A stretch of 64,000 nt of DNA from Octopus sinensis (GCF_006345805.1 NC_042997.1:178498001-178562000); one strand, 5' to 3'. Positions 12,643-24,989 are shown, counted from the stretch's first letter. A program made the numbers and translations. Notes: generated from the sequence alone by a model not told the origin.

Positions 12643-13540
12643 AAGGAACAGCAAAATACCATGAAAACTATTGTCAGGATTACTTTCAGTTTTGTAATGA
12701 TGTAGTCGAGGAGGGGAAGAAGGAAGAAGAGATAGAGGAAATAAAAATAGATGATGAGGAGAAAGAAGAAGATGCGGAAGACATAATTTTATCCCACGCA
12801 CTAGTTCGATAAATTGCAAGTGCTTGACTTATGATCATACGTAATCTTTAAGTCTTTGCCACTGTTGTCATCAGAATAGCAGCAAACGGCAATGGTGATA
12901 TTTACACCGTTACTAAGTTCGTTAATGGATTAAATGAAATAACTACAAGTGGGTATCACACCTGGGTTACACAATCAGTTCACCGAGAGCTTAGCTTAAC
13001 ACCTCCGCTAGAATACTCGTTTCGATCAGTAATCCACACACATACACGAGCGTGCATGAAAACTTATACACTTATAGAACCAGCCACACACACACACACA
13101 CGGGTGCACATACATACACACATTCACACAGAAGGGGGGGGGGGCAACGAGATAGACAGATACAGAGGGTGTGTGTCTATGTCAATACGAATTATCAGGT
13201 AAATTTTCTTTATGAATCACACCATGCCGTCTTATATAATGGAAGGACATATTAGATAATACCATCTAAAATACACTGCCTCTTATAAAACAGAAATGTT
13301 TATGATAAACTGATTTGGGTTTAAAATAACAATAGCAAAACAATAACAACAACAACAAAATCAACAACAACGACAACAGAAAAACAACAACAATGTCAGC
13401 AAATACAGCTAGAACAATAACAACAAAATCGAGGAGCTGATTTTCTAAGTAATATTTTCGAATTACTCGAATGCTTAATTATTGTGCAAGCATAAAAGCT
13501 TTCCATGATATAACTCTGAGTTAAGAAGAACTCTCATAAT

Positions 13541-14126
13541 TATTTCTTTATTGCCCACAAGGGGTTAGACATAGAGAGGAGAAACAAGGACAGACAAACG
13601 ATTAAGTCGATTAGATCGACTCCAGTGCGTAACTGGTACTTAATTTATCGACCCCGAAAGGATGAAAGGCAAAGTCGACCTCGGCGGAATTTGAACTCCG
13701 TAATGACAGACGAAATACCTATTTCTTTACTACCCACAAGGGGCTAAATACAGAAGGGACAAACAAGGACAGACAAACGGATTAAGTCGATTACATCGAC
13801 CCCAGTGCGTAACTCGTACTTAATTTATCGACCCCGAAAGGATGAAAGGCAAAGTCAACCTCGGCGGAATTTGAACTCCGTAATGACAGACGAAATACCT
13901 ATTTCTTTACTACCCACAAGGAGCTAAATACAGAAGGGACAAACAAGGACAGACAAGCGGATTAAGTCGATTACATCGATCCCAGTGCGTAACTGGTACT
14001 TAATCTATCGACCTTGAGAGGATGAAAGGCAAAGTAGACCTCGGCGGAATTTGAACTCAGAACCGCAGACGAAATACGGATACGCATTTCGCCCGTCGTG
14101 CTAACGTTTCTGCCAGCTCGCCATCC
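13541..14126 (-). mobile_element. SINE family A trimer (one head plus three bodies), 180-bp period, single 20-bp TSD
   Basis: Junction GACGAAATACCTATTTC at ~13716 and ~13896; TAAGAAGAA(C/T)TCTCATAATT at 13522-13541 and 14127-14146. Confidence 0.9.
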
Positions 14127-14599
14127 TAAGAAGAATTCTCATAATTAAGGAGACACATAATAAAAATGACATTCAACATAATAAAAATGACATTCATAGT
14201 TACGAAACAAGACATTAGAAGCCGATTTAAAACTTCTATCGTGGCCATCTTGTCATTTTGTTAGATTCAGAATCACATCATTCAACGTTACCTTCCGTAA
14301 GGCCATGGAACTGTTGCGTAGCGTAGGGTGTGCGAGAAATGCGTTCGGCAAAGTAAGGCCATTTTATATATGTGTGCTGTCTATAGGAAATAAAGGTATA
14401 TTACATTTAAGGAGGGTAGCAGCCATTTTGGTGTATCTCACAAGGCGGCCAAAACCCACGGTGAACCGTTATAGTGAAGTGCGGTAGATTTGTGAGAGTA
14501 ATTTAGCAGCTATTGCTAGTAGATCGAACGGCCAAGAAGGCGAAAATAAAATGAAATTGAGGGTGCTCATATATCTCCGTGTTCCTTGAGAAACAATGT

Positions 14600-15033
14600 A
14601 ATATCAAAACAAAGTATATATAAGTTTGCATCCCAACTACATGGTTCCAGGTTCAATCCACTGCGTAGCACTTTTGGGCAAGTGCCTTCTACTATAACCT
14701 CGGGTCGACCACAGCTTTGTGAGTGCAGTTGGTTGACGGGAACTGAAAAACATCGTGTATGTATGTATGTATGTATGTATGTATGTATGTATGTATGTAT
14801 GTATGTATCTCTCTCTCTATATATATATATATGTATGTATGTATGCATGTATGTATGTATCTATATGTTTGTACATATATATATACATATATGTATGTAT
14901 GCATGTATGTATGTATCTATATGTTTATATATATATATATGTTTGTATATATATAATGTATATATATGTATGCTATATATATACATATATATATATCTAT
15001 ATATATAATATATATATGTATATATATGTATGC

Positions 15034-15065
<32 letters not shown>

Positions 15066-15073
15066 ATATATAT
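14600..15073 (+). mobile_element. SINE family B 5' half followed by (TATG)n/(TA)n
   Basis: GGTTCCAGGTTCAATCCACTGCG..TTGGGCAAGTG; 3' half absent. Confidence 0.75.
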
Positions 15074-15075
15074 AG

Positions 15076-15372
15076 AGGTGGAGGCGCAATGGCCCAGTGG
15101 TTAGGGCAGCGGACTCGCGGTCGGAGGATCGCGGTTTCGATGTGTGTTTATTGAGCGAAAACACCTAAAATCTCCACGAAGTTCCGGCAGCGGGTGGTGA
15201 TCCCTGCTGTACTCTTTCACCACTCTTTCTTCCACTTTCTTCTGTTGGCCTGCTCGCTTAACCATCGGGGGGGGGGGGTCGTCGTTCGAAGGCTAAAACA
15301 ATGCGAACGCATTGTGACCAGCGATGTGTAGCAACACTGATGGTCTGGTCTGGTCGGTCACGTGATCACGTG
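15076..15372 (+). mobile_element. SINE family C
   Basis: GGTGGAGGCGCAATGGCCCAGTGGTTAGG head; body matches 994-1303. Confidence 0.85.
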
Positions 15373-15393
15373 ATATATATATATACACATGTA

Positions 15394-15445
<52 letters not shown>

Positions 15446-15486
15446 TCTATTACACGAGAAAGAAGCAACAAGAATGGAATAGTTTT

Positions 15487-15546
<60 letters not shown>

Positions 15547-15584
15547 GTGAATGGAAGAAATGGAGTTGAACGAAGATTGTACAG

Positions 15585-15690
15585 AATTCCTTTTATTACA
15601 TTCTACACATGTTTCAAAGGCCACAATTTTCCAATTCTGATTAAATAGGATACCATATTGCAGCTTTCTCTTCAGGAAAAACCAGGAATT
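15585..15690 (-). ncRNA. Type I hammerhead ribozyme motif (left arm)
   Basis: Reverse complement of the 15850-15956 motif. Confidence 0.7.
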
Positions 15691-15849
15691 ACGTTGTCAG
15701 AACAAAACAAAACAGAGGCGCAGCAAAGCAATTCGAACGAGGACGCTCCTTAAGAGCCCATGGGTAAACTCTTTATCCATGGGCTCTTAAGGAGCGTCCC
15801 GTTCGAATTGCTTTGCTGCGCCTCTGTTTTGTTTTGTTCTGACAACGTA

Positions 15850-15956
15850 ATTCCTGGTTTTTCCTGAAGAGAAAGCTGCAATATGGTATCCTTATTTAAT
15901 CAGAATTTGGAAAATTGTGGCCTTTGAAACATGTGTAGAATGTAATAAAAGGAATT
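15850..15956 (+). ncRNA. Type I hammerhead ribozyme motif (right arm)
   Basis: TTC-CTGAAGA(15864-70)-AAAGCTGCAAT/ATTGTGGCCTTT-GAAAC-ATGT-GTA-GAA; distal AATTCCT/AGGAATT extends stem I. Confidence 0.7.
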
Positions 15957-16162
15957 CTGTACAATCTTCGTTCAACTCCATTTCTTCATTCACTAATTAT
16001 ATTAAACTTCAATTATCCGCACCAACGCACGGTTGCAACACCATATGGTCTTATCTCCAACCGTGTTTTTTTCTGCTGTGATTTTTGCTACCCAGGTATC
16101 GGTTAAACTTTTGAATAATCTGTAACAAGAAAATTCATCTTTCCATTTCAACAAACAACCAC

Positions 16163-16234
<72 letters not shown>

Positions 16235-16341
16235 TATATTATTATATATATATTATATATATATAAAATATAATATATATTTATGCATGCATATATACAT
16301 ATATATATATTTATGCATACATACATACATACATTAAGAAC

Positions 16342-16720
16342 AGGCAGAAACATTAGCACACCTGGCGAAATGCTTAGCCGTATTTCGTCTGCCGTTACGC
16401 TCTGAGTTCAGATTCTGCCGAGGTCCACTTTGCCTTTCATCCTTTCGGGGTCGATAAATAAAGTATCAGTTACACACTGGGGTCGATATAATCGCTTAAT
16501 CCGTGTGTCTGTCCTCTCTGTGTTTAGCCCCTTGTGGGTAGTAAAGAAATAGGTATTTCGTCTGTCTCTACGTTCTGACTTCAAATTCCGCCGAGGACGA
16601 CTTTGCCTTTCGCCCTTTAGGGGTCGATAAATTAAGTACCAGTTGCGTACTGGGGTCGATGTAATCGACTGGTCCCGACCCCCCAAATTTAGGGCCTTGT
16701 GCCTCGCGTAGAAAAGAATA
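16342..16720 (+). mobile_element. SINE family A dimer; second unit has a different 3' tail
   Basis: AAAGAAATAGGTATTTCGTCTG junction at ~16550; ends AATTTAGGGCCTTGTGCCTCGCGTAGAAAAGAATA. Confidence 0.85.
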
Positions 16721-17395
16721 CATATATATTTGTATGTATACATGTGTATGTATGTATATATGTACAGTAATATCTCACTGTACAGGGACCTGCTTTTCGT
16801 GACCCCGGGTTAACGAGTTTTATTTTTCAAACACAACATTGAAATTTTGAACGAATTGCAAAAATTTCTACTACCATAAGAGATATTTATAGCGGGCAAA
16901 AAGCTTCTTCTAAGAAAACAACTCTATACCTTTCTTTTAAAAAAGAAATCTACAAGTCTGTCTACGAGTGCTTGTGAATCGGTGATCGCGCCTATAAGTG
17001 ATGGTGTGCCCGAGTCTAGTGCGAGTGAAAGGGATTCAGAAAACAATTATAATAATAATATTTATTCTTTTTACTTAACATAAAATATTCTTTACATTCT
17101 ACTGTTGTTTTATTACAATTTATTTACGAGCATTATAAATTTTATCGGTCAACTATTTTTCTTGGAACGAATTACGATTTATAACATTGCTACTATGGAA
17201 AATTATTGCTCTCTTTTACGAGTTTTTGCTTTAGGAGCGGTCTCTGGGAACAAATTAACTCGCAGTTCTGTATATATATATATATACATCTTTCGTATAT
17301 ATTGTATAAACACGTATATATATAAAAATATAAATACACACACACACACACAACACACACACACATATATATATACATATATACACATACATATG

Positions 17396-17900
17396 TTTCT
17401 TTATTGGCCACGCAGGGCTGAACATACACAGAAGGGACAAAATACAAAGTAGAGCTTTTCTTTTTGGGAAGAAGAAGAGAAGGAAAAGGAAAGAAAGAAA
17501 GAAAGAAAGAAAGAAAAGAAAGTAAAAAGTGGGGCCGATCAATAGGGATCGTGTATCACAGAAATGTCAATGTAAAAAGGGAAAACAGATTAGGTTTATC
17601 CGTTGATAGAAAAGCCTACGGAAAAGACTACGGGAACCTTTGGCAATAGTGTTATGCAAAAAGAAAACACATTACAGTAAGTGGCTCGCTTTTTTCCTTT
17701 CGTTTTTCTTTTTTTTTTATTTGGTTCAGAGGATTATGCTCAAGATGGCTCCGTCATTCACACATGCCATCCTTGCTACATCCATCCATCTTCTTTTGAA
17801 ACATTCACTACACAAAAACTTCCCTCTCTACTCTCACCAAGAATCATTACTGTTGCTCCCATTGGAACACAAGGTAAAATCTATAATGAACTCCTCGCCT
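17396..17900 (-). mobile_element. 3' fragment of a LINE (L1/Tx1-like): ORF2 C-terminus plus T-rich 3' UTR
   Basis: Minus strand ...ECFKRRWMDVARMACVNDGAILSIIL* then pyrimidine-rich UTR ending GCCCTGCGTGGCCAATAAAGAAA; clade tentative. Confidence 0.45.
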
Positions 17901-18086
17901 TTTCAAGAACATGGATTTTTTTTTTATATTTGACTCTATTGAATGTATGTCACAATTATGAACTGTTCCATCATACTCTTTAAGCATATAGCATGGACTC
18001 TCTTTATTAAAAAAAAAATTTTTTTGATAAGGTTCGTTATTTCAAGAATTTATCTAATATAGCGGCATTTTCAAACTTCATTTTTT

Positions 18087-18143
<57 letters not shown>

Positions 18144-18148
18144 AAAAC

Positions 18149-18336
18149 TATGTTTTGTTGTTTGTTACTTGAATGATTTACCGACTTTTATCTGATCAGT
18201 TGCTCTTTCTGGAAAGTTATCCCTGATGAAGTCCACATCTAAACTGTTGTATAAGCTTGTACTTTTAGCAGAAAATTCCTCCGTTCATAATTGTTCTCTC
18301 TCCTCTCTCTCCTCCCTCTCTCTCTCTCTCTCTCTC

Positions 18337-18376
<40 letters not shown>

Positions 18377-18570
18377 GAGAGAGAGGAGAGAGAGAGAGAG
18401 GGAGGAGAGAGAGGGAGAGAGAACAATTATGAACGGAGGAATTTTCTGCTAAAAGTAACAGCTTATACAACAGTTTAGTTGTGGACTTCATCAGGGATAA
18501 CTTTCCAGAAAGAGCAAACTGATCAGATAAAAGTCGAGTAAATCATTCAAGTAACAAACAACAAAACATA
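18149..18570. repeat. ~420-bp palindrome centred on (TA)n, with mirrored (CT)n/(AG)n
   Basis: Arms nearly identical, 1-nt differences. Confidence 0.92.
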
Positions 18571-18728
18571 ATCGAAAATGGGAACACTAAAACAAAAACA
18601 AAAACAAAAGCAAAAACAAAAAAAAAACAAAATTAAAGACAAAACGGAAGAAATGTTGCCAAATAAAAACAACCCAAGGTAAACAAACTCTAACAACTGC
18701 AATAACAACATTTAATCAAAACAGGCAA

Positions 18729-18729
18729 A

Positions 18730-18771
<42 letters not shown>

Positions 18772-18821
18772 GTTTCTTTTTCTTCATCTTCTGCTGCTAC
18801 TACTGCTGCTGTTGCTGCTTC

Positions 18822-18852
<31 letters not shown>

Positions 18853-18864
18853 GCCGCCGCCGCC

Positions 18865-18921
<57 letters not shown>
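18729..18921. repeat. Compound (ACT)n/(GCT)n/(ACC)n/(GCC)n triplet array
   Basis: Direct reading. Confidence 0.9.
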
Positions 18922-18923
<2 letters not shown>

Positions 18924-19394
18924 AGTGTTTACTTCCGTGTGTTCGAACATGTCTTCAAATTGCTTTGATAAATTTGGATTATTACCAAGATTTATTGGAT
19001 GAAATACTTTGGTTTATGATAATTTTACTTGCAGGAGAATTCGAAACTTTTAGATGGTCGTCCCAGTACCTAGGGGGTATGCGAAAAAGTTTTGCACTTT
19101 TAGGCATATTGTACGTATTTTACCTTTCGTATTTACATTAATTTCAATCCGAGTTCACTTCTAAAGTAGCGAGAAACATCCCCAAGGATACTAATATTAA
19201 ACGTCATAGAAGCAAAAAAAAAAAAAAAAAAAGGAAGACAAGCAAACGTTTTCTCAAGTGAAAATAAAGCAATTTGAAGTGAAAATATTAATTTACAAGA
19301 CACAAAGACATCAGCAACAACAATTTTTTTGTTATCGAGACTAGCTGTAATAGTAGACATTACTAAACTGGTAAAGGAAAAAAACTATCACGAA

Positions 19395-19785
19395 GGCGCA
19401 GGAGTGGCCGTGTGGTAAGTAGCTTGCTTACCAACCACATGGTTCCAGGTTCAGTCCCACTGCGTGGCACCTTGGGCTGGGTCTTCTACTATAGCTTCGG
19501 GCCGACCAAAGACTTGTGAGTGGATTTGGTAGACGGAAACTGAAAGAAGCCCGTCGTATATATGTATGTGTGTATGTGTTTTTGTGTCTGTGTTTGTCCC
19601 CCAACATCGCTTGGCAAACGATGCTGGCGTGCTTACGTCCCCGTAACTTAGCAGTTCGGCAAATGAGACAGATAGAATAAGTACTTGGCTTTTACAAAGA
19701 ATAAGTCCTGGGGTAGATTTGCTCGACTAAAGGCGGTGCTCCAGCATGGCTGCAGTCAAATGACTGAAAAAAGTAAAAGAGTAAG
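19395..19785 (+). mobile_element. SINE family B, short internal microsatellite
   Basis: Matches 11041-11545. Confidence 0.92.
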
Positions 19786-19923
19786 CCTAAGTGTTTCTTT
19801 GTCAAAAGGTTTTAGCTAAGGATGGGCAAGAAAGAAAGCATATCAGCCTTGCGAAAACAATAGGGGGCTCTTAGTTGCTCCCTAAAACAATGGTTGAAAG
19901 CGACCCTAAGCAATGTATGAAAC

Positions 19924-20129
19924 TATGAGGGGGTGCTGAAATGTTCCTGACTTTAAGGGTAACGCGGAGGCCCAACTTTCGAGTTCTTTGACAGGGCTTA
20001 GAAAAGCTGAAAGACCGCTGCAATAAGTGTGTGTATCTGAGAGGGGAATATATTGAATAAAATCATAATTAACTGATCCTCCTGTATTTTCTTTTATCCA
20101 ACGCCAAGAACTTTTCAGCACCCCTGGTA
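19924..20129 (+). mobile_element. Internally deleted mariner (MITE-like)
   Basis: TIRs TATGAGGGGGTGCTGAAATGTTC / GAACTTTTCAGCACCCCTGGTA; retains transposase end GLEKLKDRCNKCVYLRGEYIE*. Confidence 0.8.
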
Positions 20130-20945
20130 TGTTATTTTTTTTTGTGGACCGAAACAGGACATACAGGAATGTGCAATTATCTTCAAAGTAGAAGGCAAGA
20201 CAAGACAAAGAGAAGAGCTGGTGTGTTACACATCTTCCTACAAAATAGTGAGCTAATACATGGGACACCGGAACAAGGTGGAAAGCATTTGTAGCAACTG
20301 TAGCCCGTGGCTTGTCGATATTTTGTGACATACTAGAGATAGGTGGTAATTGCAGAGGTATGAAACGTACTGGTGACCCTCGACGACCAACATAATCTTG
20401 GAGCTGTATCAAATTATAAGTGCTTACGGAAAGGCGTCAAGACTGGTGGTGAATGACAGATATCATAGCTATTACATACATGTAACAGTAGGAGTTTCTT
20501 GAAAGCTTTCCACCCGGATGAGATAGAAAGGCAAAGTAAGAGAAAAAACCCAGACACTTATAGAGACAGTAACAACAGCAAGGTAAAAAAAAATATTGCT
20601 TCCAGAGTAACATTGAACGCAGTTCTGAACCGAAAAACCTTCACTTTCTCCTTAGTGTCAGGAGCCGAAGTGTAAGAAGTCGAACGGCCAACTGTATTAC
20701 CATTGCTGAGTTTTCAAGCGTTAAGCAGTAAACGGAAGCTGTAAAGCAATATAAAACTGTCCCCAAAGAAGAGGGAAAAATGAAGAAAGAACAAAATTAA
20801 AAACAAAGGTAAGAACAACAAGAGAATACACCCTATTTCGAAACATGAGATTCACAGTTGTCCGAACTACCAACGAATATTTAATAGGAATAAATGATAT
20901 CATGTAACAACAATGTAAGAGCTATATACAGAGTGAAAAGGAGGA

Positions 20946-21210
20946 AATCATCATTCATCATCATTGTTCGACCGTGGTCGAGACAATGGAATTTACCATG
21001 CTACGCCAGACTTCACGGTCCATCATGGCATTACGGAGGTCCTGTTGCTGGATGCCTGTATCCCTGGAGATTACATCAGGGTAGGAGAGTGTGCGCCCTC
21101 TGGTATTGCGAGTAGATGGCTTCCAGAGGAGAAGAGTAGAAATTACCTCTTTTTCAGCTCTACAACAATGTCCAGCAAACTGGACTCTCTTACCTTTCAC
21201 AAGAGCTGAC
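20946..21210 (-). mobile_element. RTE-like LINE 3' fragment with (GAT)n tail
   Basis: KRVQFAGHCCR...NAMMDREVWRSMV C-terminus. Confidence 0.75.
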
Positions 21211-21718
21211 ACAGGAGGAAATAGATTGAGAATTAAAAAGGAAACATAGATGATAAGCAATTGGTGTAAACCGCATCGATGGTTTCACGTTAGTAAGGCT
21301 GGAACGACTAGAGGGAGCTGGATGCTTTATGCCTCGTCCAACACAAAGAATGCTCACGTATACATTTGGATATATCATGCTATAGTAGAAGGCTGTGGGA
21401 GTCGCTGCGGGGTGCTTCGATTCAATCAAGATAGCTTCTACGTATCCATATGTGGGTGGTTTGTCCTTATTTGCTTTCTATTATATTCATTCATTTGTAT
21501 TCACACATACATATATTTTTTTCATTTTGTATAGTTTATCTGTGTTATATATTACCGACTTTTAAAATATCTTAATACGTTGTATTAAGTTTTTACCTCC
21601 ATTCCTCGTTTTATATAACTATTATATATATACATCCCCATAAGACTTTGTAAGAGGTTTTGTAACACGTTGCTTTATGTATGTATGGATGGTCCCTGGT
21701 GGCAAAATAAAAGAAAGG

Positions 21719-21719
<1 letters not shown>

Positions 21720-21792
<73 letters not shown>

Positions 21793-21973
21793 CTTATCTG
21801 TAAGTAGCAGCTTTATTATTCAAATATTAATGGAGAACTAATGGCAACGACGTGGAAAATTTCATCTCGACGCTGTAGTTGTTGTTACTGGTTGAATATA
21901 AATGAAAATTGCAGCCAGAAAAGGGAGAAAGGAATAGAGAAAGGAAGAAAGAAAGAGAGTGAGAGAGAGAGAG

Positions 21974-22038
<65 letters not shown>

Positions 22039-22345
22039 GAGATCTTTGGCTACGTTAGTCAATAATACTGATATGACGCTACTGAGTGAAACGTCTTACT
22101 TTTCGAGGTGGAAGGCGAAGATGATTTCTTCAGAATTTCTTGTGCTTGTAATGTGTTTTTCTATGTGTTAAGATGAGATGCAGGAAATGTATTCTACACT
22201 GTATTTGGAAATGCCATCCTATATGAAATCATCATCATCATCACTCTTCTTCTTCTTCTTCTTCTTCTTCTTCTTCTTCTTCTTCTTCTTCTTCTTCTTC
22301 TTCTTCTTCTTCTTCTTCTTCTTCTTCTTCTTCTTCTTCTTCGTC
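21720..22345. repeat. Microsatellite cluster: (ATT)n 21720-21791, (GA)n ~21950-22040, (ATC)n(CTT)n 22228-22345
   Basis: Direct reading. Confidence 0.9.
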
Positions 22346-24482
22346 TTCTGTTAACAGAAATCGCCTGTCACATTGCTCTGGCAGCTTTGAGAATAGTTGT
22401 TTGCTTGTTTAGGGTGTTTTTTTTATATTGTTGTATTACACTTTTATTGTGTTGCGGAAGTGGTTGTGAGAAGAGTAGAGTGGTCATTTTCTTGTCCGTC
22501 CCAGATAAGGAGCGGTATTTGTTTTGAACACAATTTCTGTTTACATTTAATATTGGAAAAAAAAAAAATTATAAAAATTGCAAATGGCGTCGTTTAACGA
22601 AAAAAGACAGGAGAAGTAGGAGAACCTTCATTATCACATTTATGAACGAAATTCCACCCCTATCTGGTTTAAGTGTTTAAAAAAAAATAACAACCACTTC
22701 TGTTACCGTTTCCTTTGACCATATTAGCAACACCAACAACACGAGTACATCGAGTAGCAGTAATAGCAATAACAGCATCAATACTTCTGTCATAAGTACA
22801 AAGTAACCTGAGAACCATCGCAGGATTAATCATTGCGCTTGTAACTCAGAACCTAGAGCGTGAAGTTTACTCTGGATGCTATCGTAGTTCGCTGGACCCA
22901 GAACGCTGGCCGACAATCCCATTAAAATGCTTAGGATATACTTCTTCATGTGGATAAGAAATAGGACAAGATTACGAGCCTGAGAAGGGAACCTCCCTGA
23001 AAAATCAAGTAGAGGTGGCGAACAAATACACCTGTTCCGTTACTTATTACCATGTGATATCGTGTCTTGCGTCAGTTTCTATGTGAGTAGAGCTGTTAGC
23101 CGCTTGTCAGGTATGTCTTTCCACAATCCGCATCTTGAACAGAACTGCATTTCTGCGAAAGTTCAGGCGAAGGTCAAGCAAAGGTCATGTTGGCCGGTGC
23201 TATGTCAAAACTTGTACTCTGAGCGGACAACAGCGATGAAATTATTGGAAAGCGGTTTTTAGGCGTCGGCGAAAATAAACCGTTCAGTGTATTCCGGACA
23301 TAAACTCATCAACTAGTTCTACAAGTGTATTAGCAACTCGATTAAGTTTCATAGGCACGAAAACGCCGTGAACCGAGCATCTATAGTATTTGTTCAATAT
23401 TTGAACTTGCTGGCATGTAATATAAAACAGCAGTGCACACAAAGAATCCAGTTATCAATAAAAACCATTGTCTCGCCGCCTTCCTTTGGCCAGAAATCAC
23501 AAGCAATACCTTGTAATAAGGTGTTGTCATTTTTGTTATGGAGAATGATTTCAGGATAATAATATGCTAGAGACCTTATGACATGTCTATATGCTAAAGT
23601 TTCACAGTATTTTATCATTCTCACTTTTTAAGATAGGTGACGGTTCATATGAGTGCCGCTAAACTTTTTCTCGAAGCTTTTGTTTTGAAAATTGCTTACT
23701 ACGTTATTCTGTTTCCAAATAGATACTATGTGATGCATTATGTTAGAATTTACACAACACATGGAAGATACCATTCATTTTGTAGGAATTGTTGCTATTT
23801 CTTTTCAATATATCAAGTGTTGCTATTTCTTTTCAATATATCAATAATATCCAATATATCTGTTCGTGTATTGCGAAAATCATCGCTTTTATTATCCTCA
23901 TTCAGGATGGATTTGCACTGCGACATCCAGATATCGTGAACTCTGACATTGTTAAAACAATCCTTTATGGTCGTTCACCACGATTCACTAATGTACCATC
24001 AAAATGTTTGTTTTGCTACCGATTTCGATACAGACTTTTGCTGATCGAAGTCTGTTATTTTACTGAGAATTTTATTACAGCGTACATAATTAATTTGCTA
24101 CGTTCGTTTTTCTATTATAGTCAATAAGGGCATGGGTCAGACTTCCTGTGAGCTCTCTGACGTTGAGTAATGTTTTATTACATTCTCTTTTAGAGATATA
24201 CACTCGTTGATATCCTTACATATTATGTAGTATGTAATGTTTTTTAGTAGCTTTCTCTCAGTCCAAGCAACAGAATTTAGTTCAGTCACTCACCACTTTA
24301 ACGTCACAGTACTGGATAATAACTGGAAATACAAATGTGTTGATAGTAAAGATAGAAGTTTTGATTCAGTCAATATATTCATTATATATTCTTGTTCGGA
24401 CAACTTTCGTACAGAGTTTTACTCTCATCTATACTCATATATTATGTATATTGCATGACGTAGGTTTTTAGAGTTCATTTAT

Positions 24483-24719
24483 TACCTATTTCTTTACTAC
24501 CCACAAAGGGCTAAACACAGAGGGGACAAACAAGGACACACAAACGGATTAAGTCGATTACATCGACCATAGTGCGTAACTGGTACTTATTTAATCGACC
24601 CCGAAAGGATGAAAGGCAAAGTCGACCTCGGCGGAATTTGAACTCAGGATGTAGTGGCAGACGAAATACCGCTAAGCATTTCACCCTGCGTGCTAACGTC
24701 TCTGCCAGCTCGCTGCCTT
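24483..24719 (-). mobile_element. SINE family A with 17-bp TSD
   Basis: GAGTTCAT(T/A)TATTACCT on both sides. Confidence 0.9.
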
Positions 24720-24758
24720 GAGTTCATATATTACCTCCCCTTCCTGGAATTCTACATC

Positions 24759-24989
24759 TATTTCTTTACTGCCCACAAGGGGCTATACACAGAGGGGACA
24801 AACAAGGACAGACAAACGGATTAAGTCGATTACATCGACCCCAGTGCGTAACTGGTACTTATTTAATCGACCCCGAAAGGATGAAAGGCAAAGTCGACCT
24901 CGGCGGAATTTGAACTCAGAACGTAACGGCAGACGAAATACTGCTACGCATTTCGCCCGGCGTGCTAACGTTTCTGCCAGCTCGCCGTC
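24759..24989 (-). mobile_element. SINE family A with 18-bp TSD
   Basis: TTCCTGGAATTCTACATC at 24741-24758 and 24990-25007. Confidence 0.92.

Larger units (their letters stand above)
15538..16002. repeat. Near-perfect ~465-bp palindrome, centre 15770 (3-nt loop)
   Basis: Arms differ only by a few 1-nt indels and one G-T pair; centre CCATGG-G-TAAA-CTC-TTTA-T-CCATGG. Confidence 0.95.

Noticed and set aside
13541-14126. Regularly spaced repeats resembling a CRISPR array or satellite
   Set aside because: Units are SINE bodies with no unique spacers
15538-16002. Arm differences as evolutionary divergence
   Set aside because: Almost all are 1-nt indels, typical of uncorrected long-read error; arms may be identical
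22065-22100. CTGATATGA...GAAACGTC motif
   Set aside because: Core has a 2-nt insertion and no convincing stems
23394-24130. pogo/piggyBac-like motifs (FIDNW; W..TIKDCF)
   Set aside because: Motif order is inconsistent with either family and matches are too short
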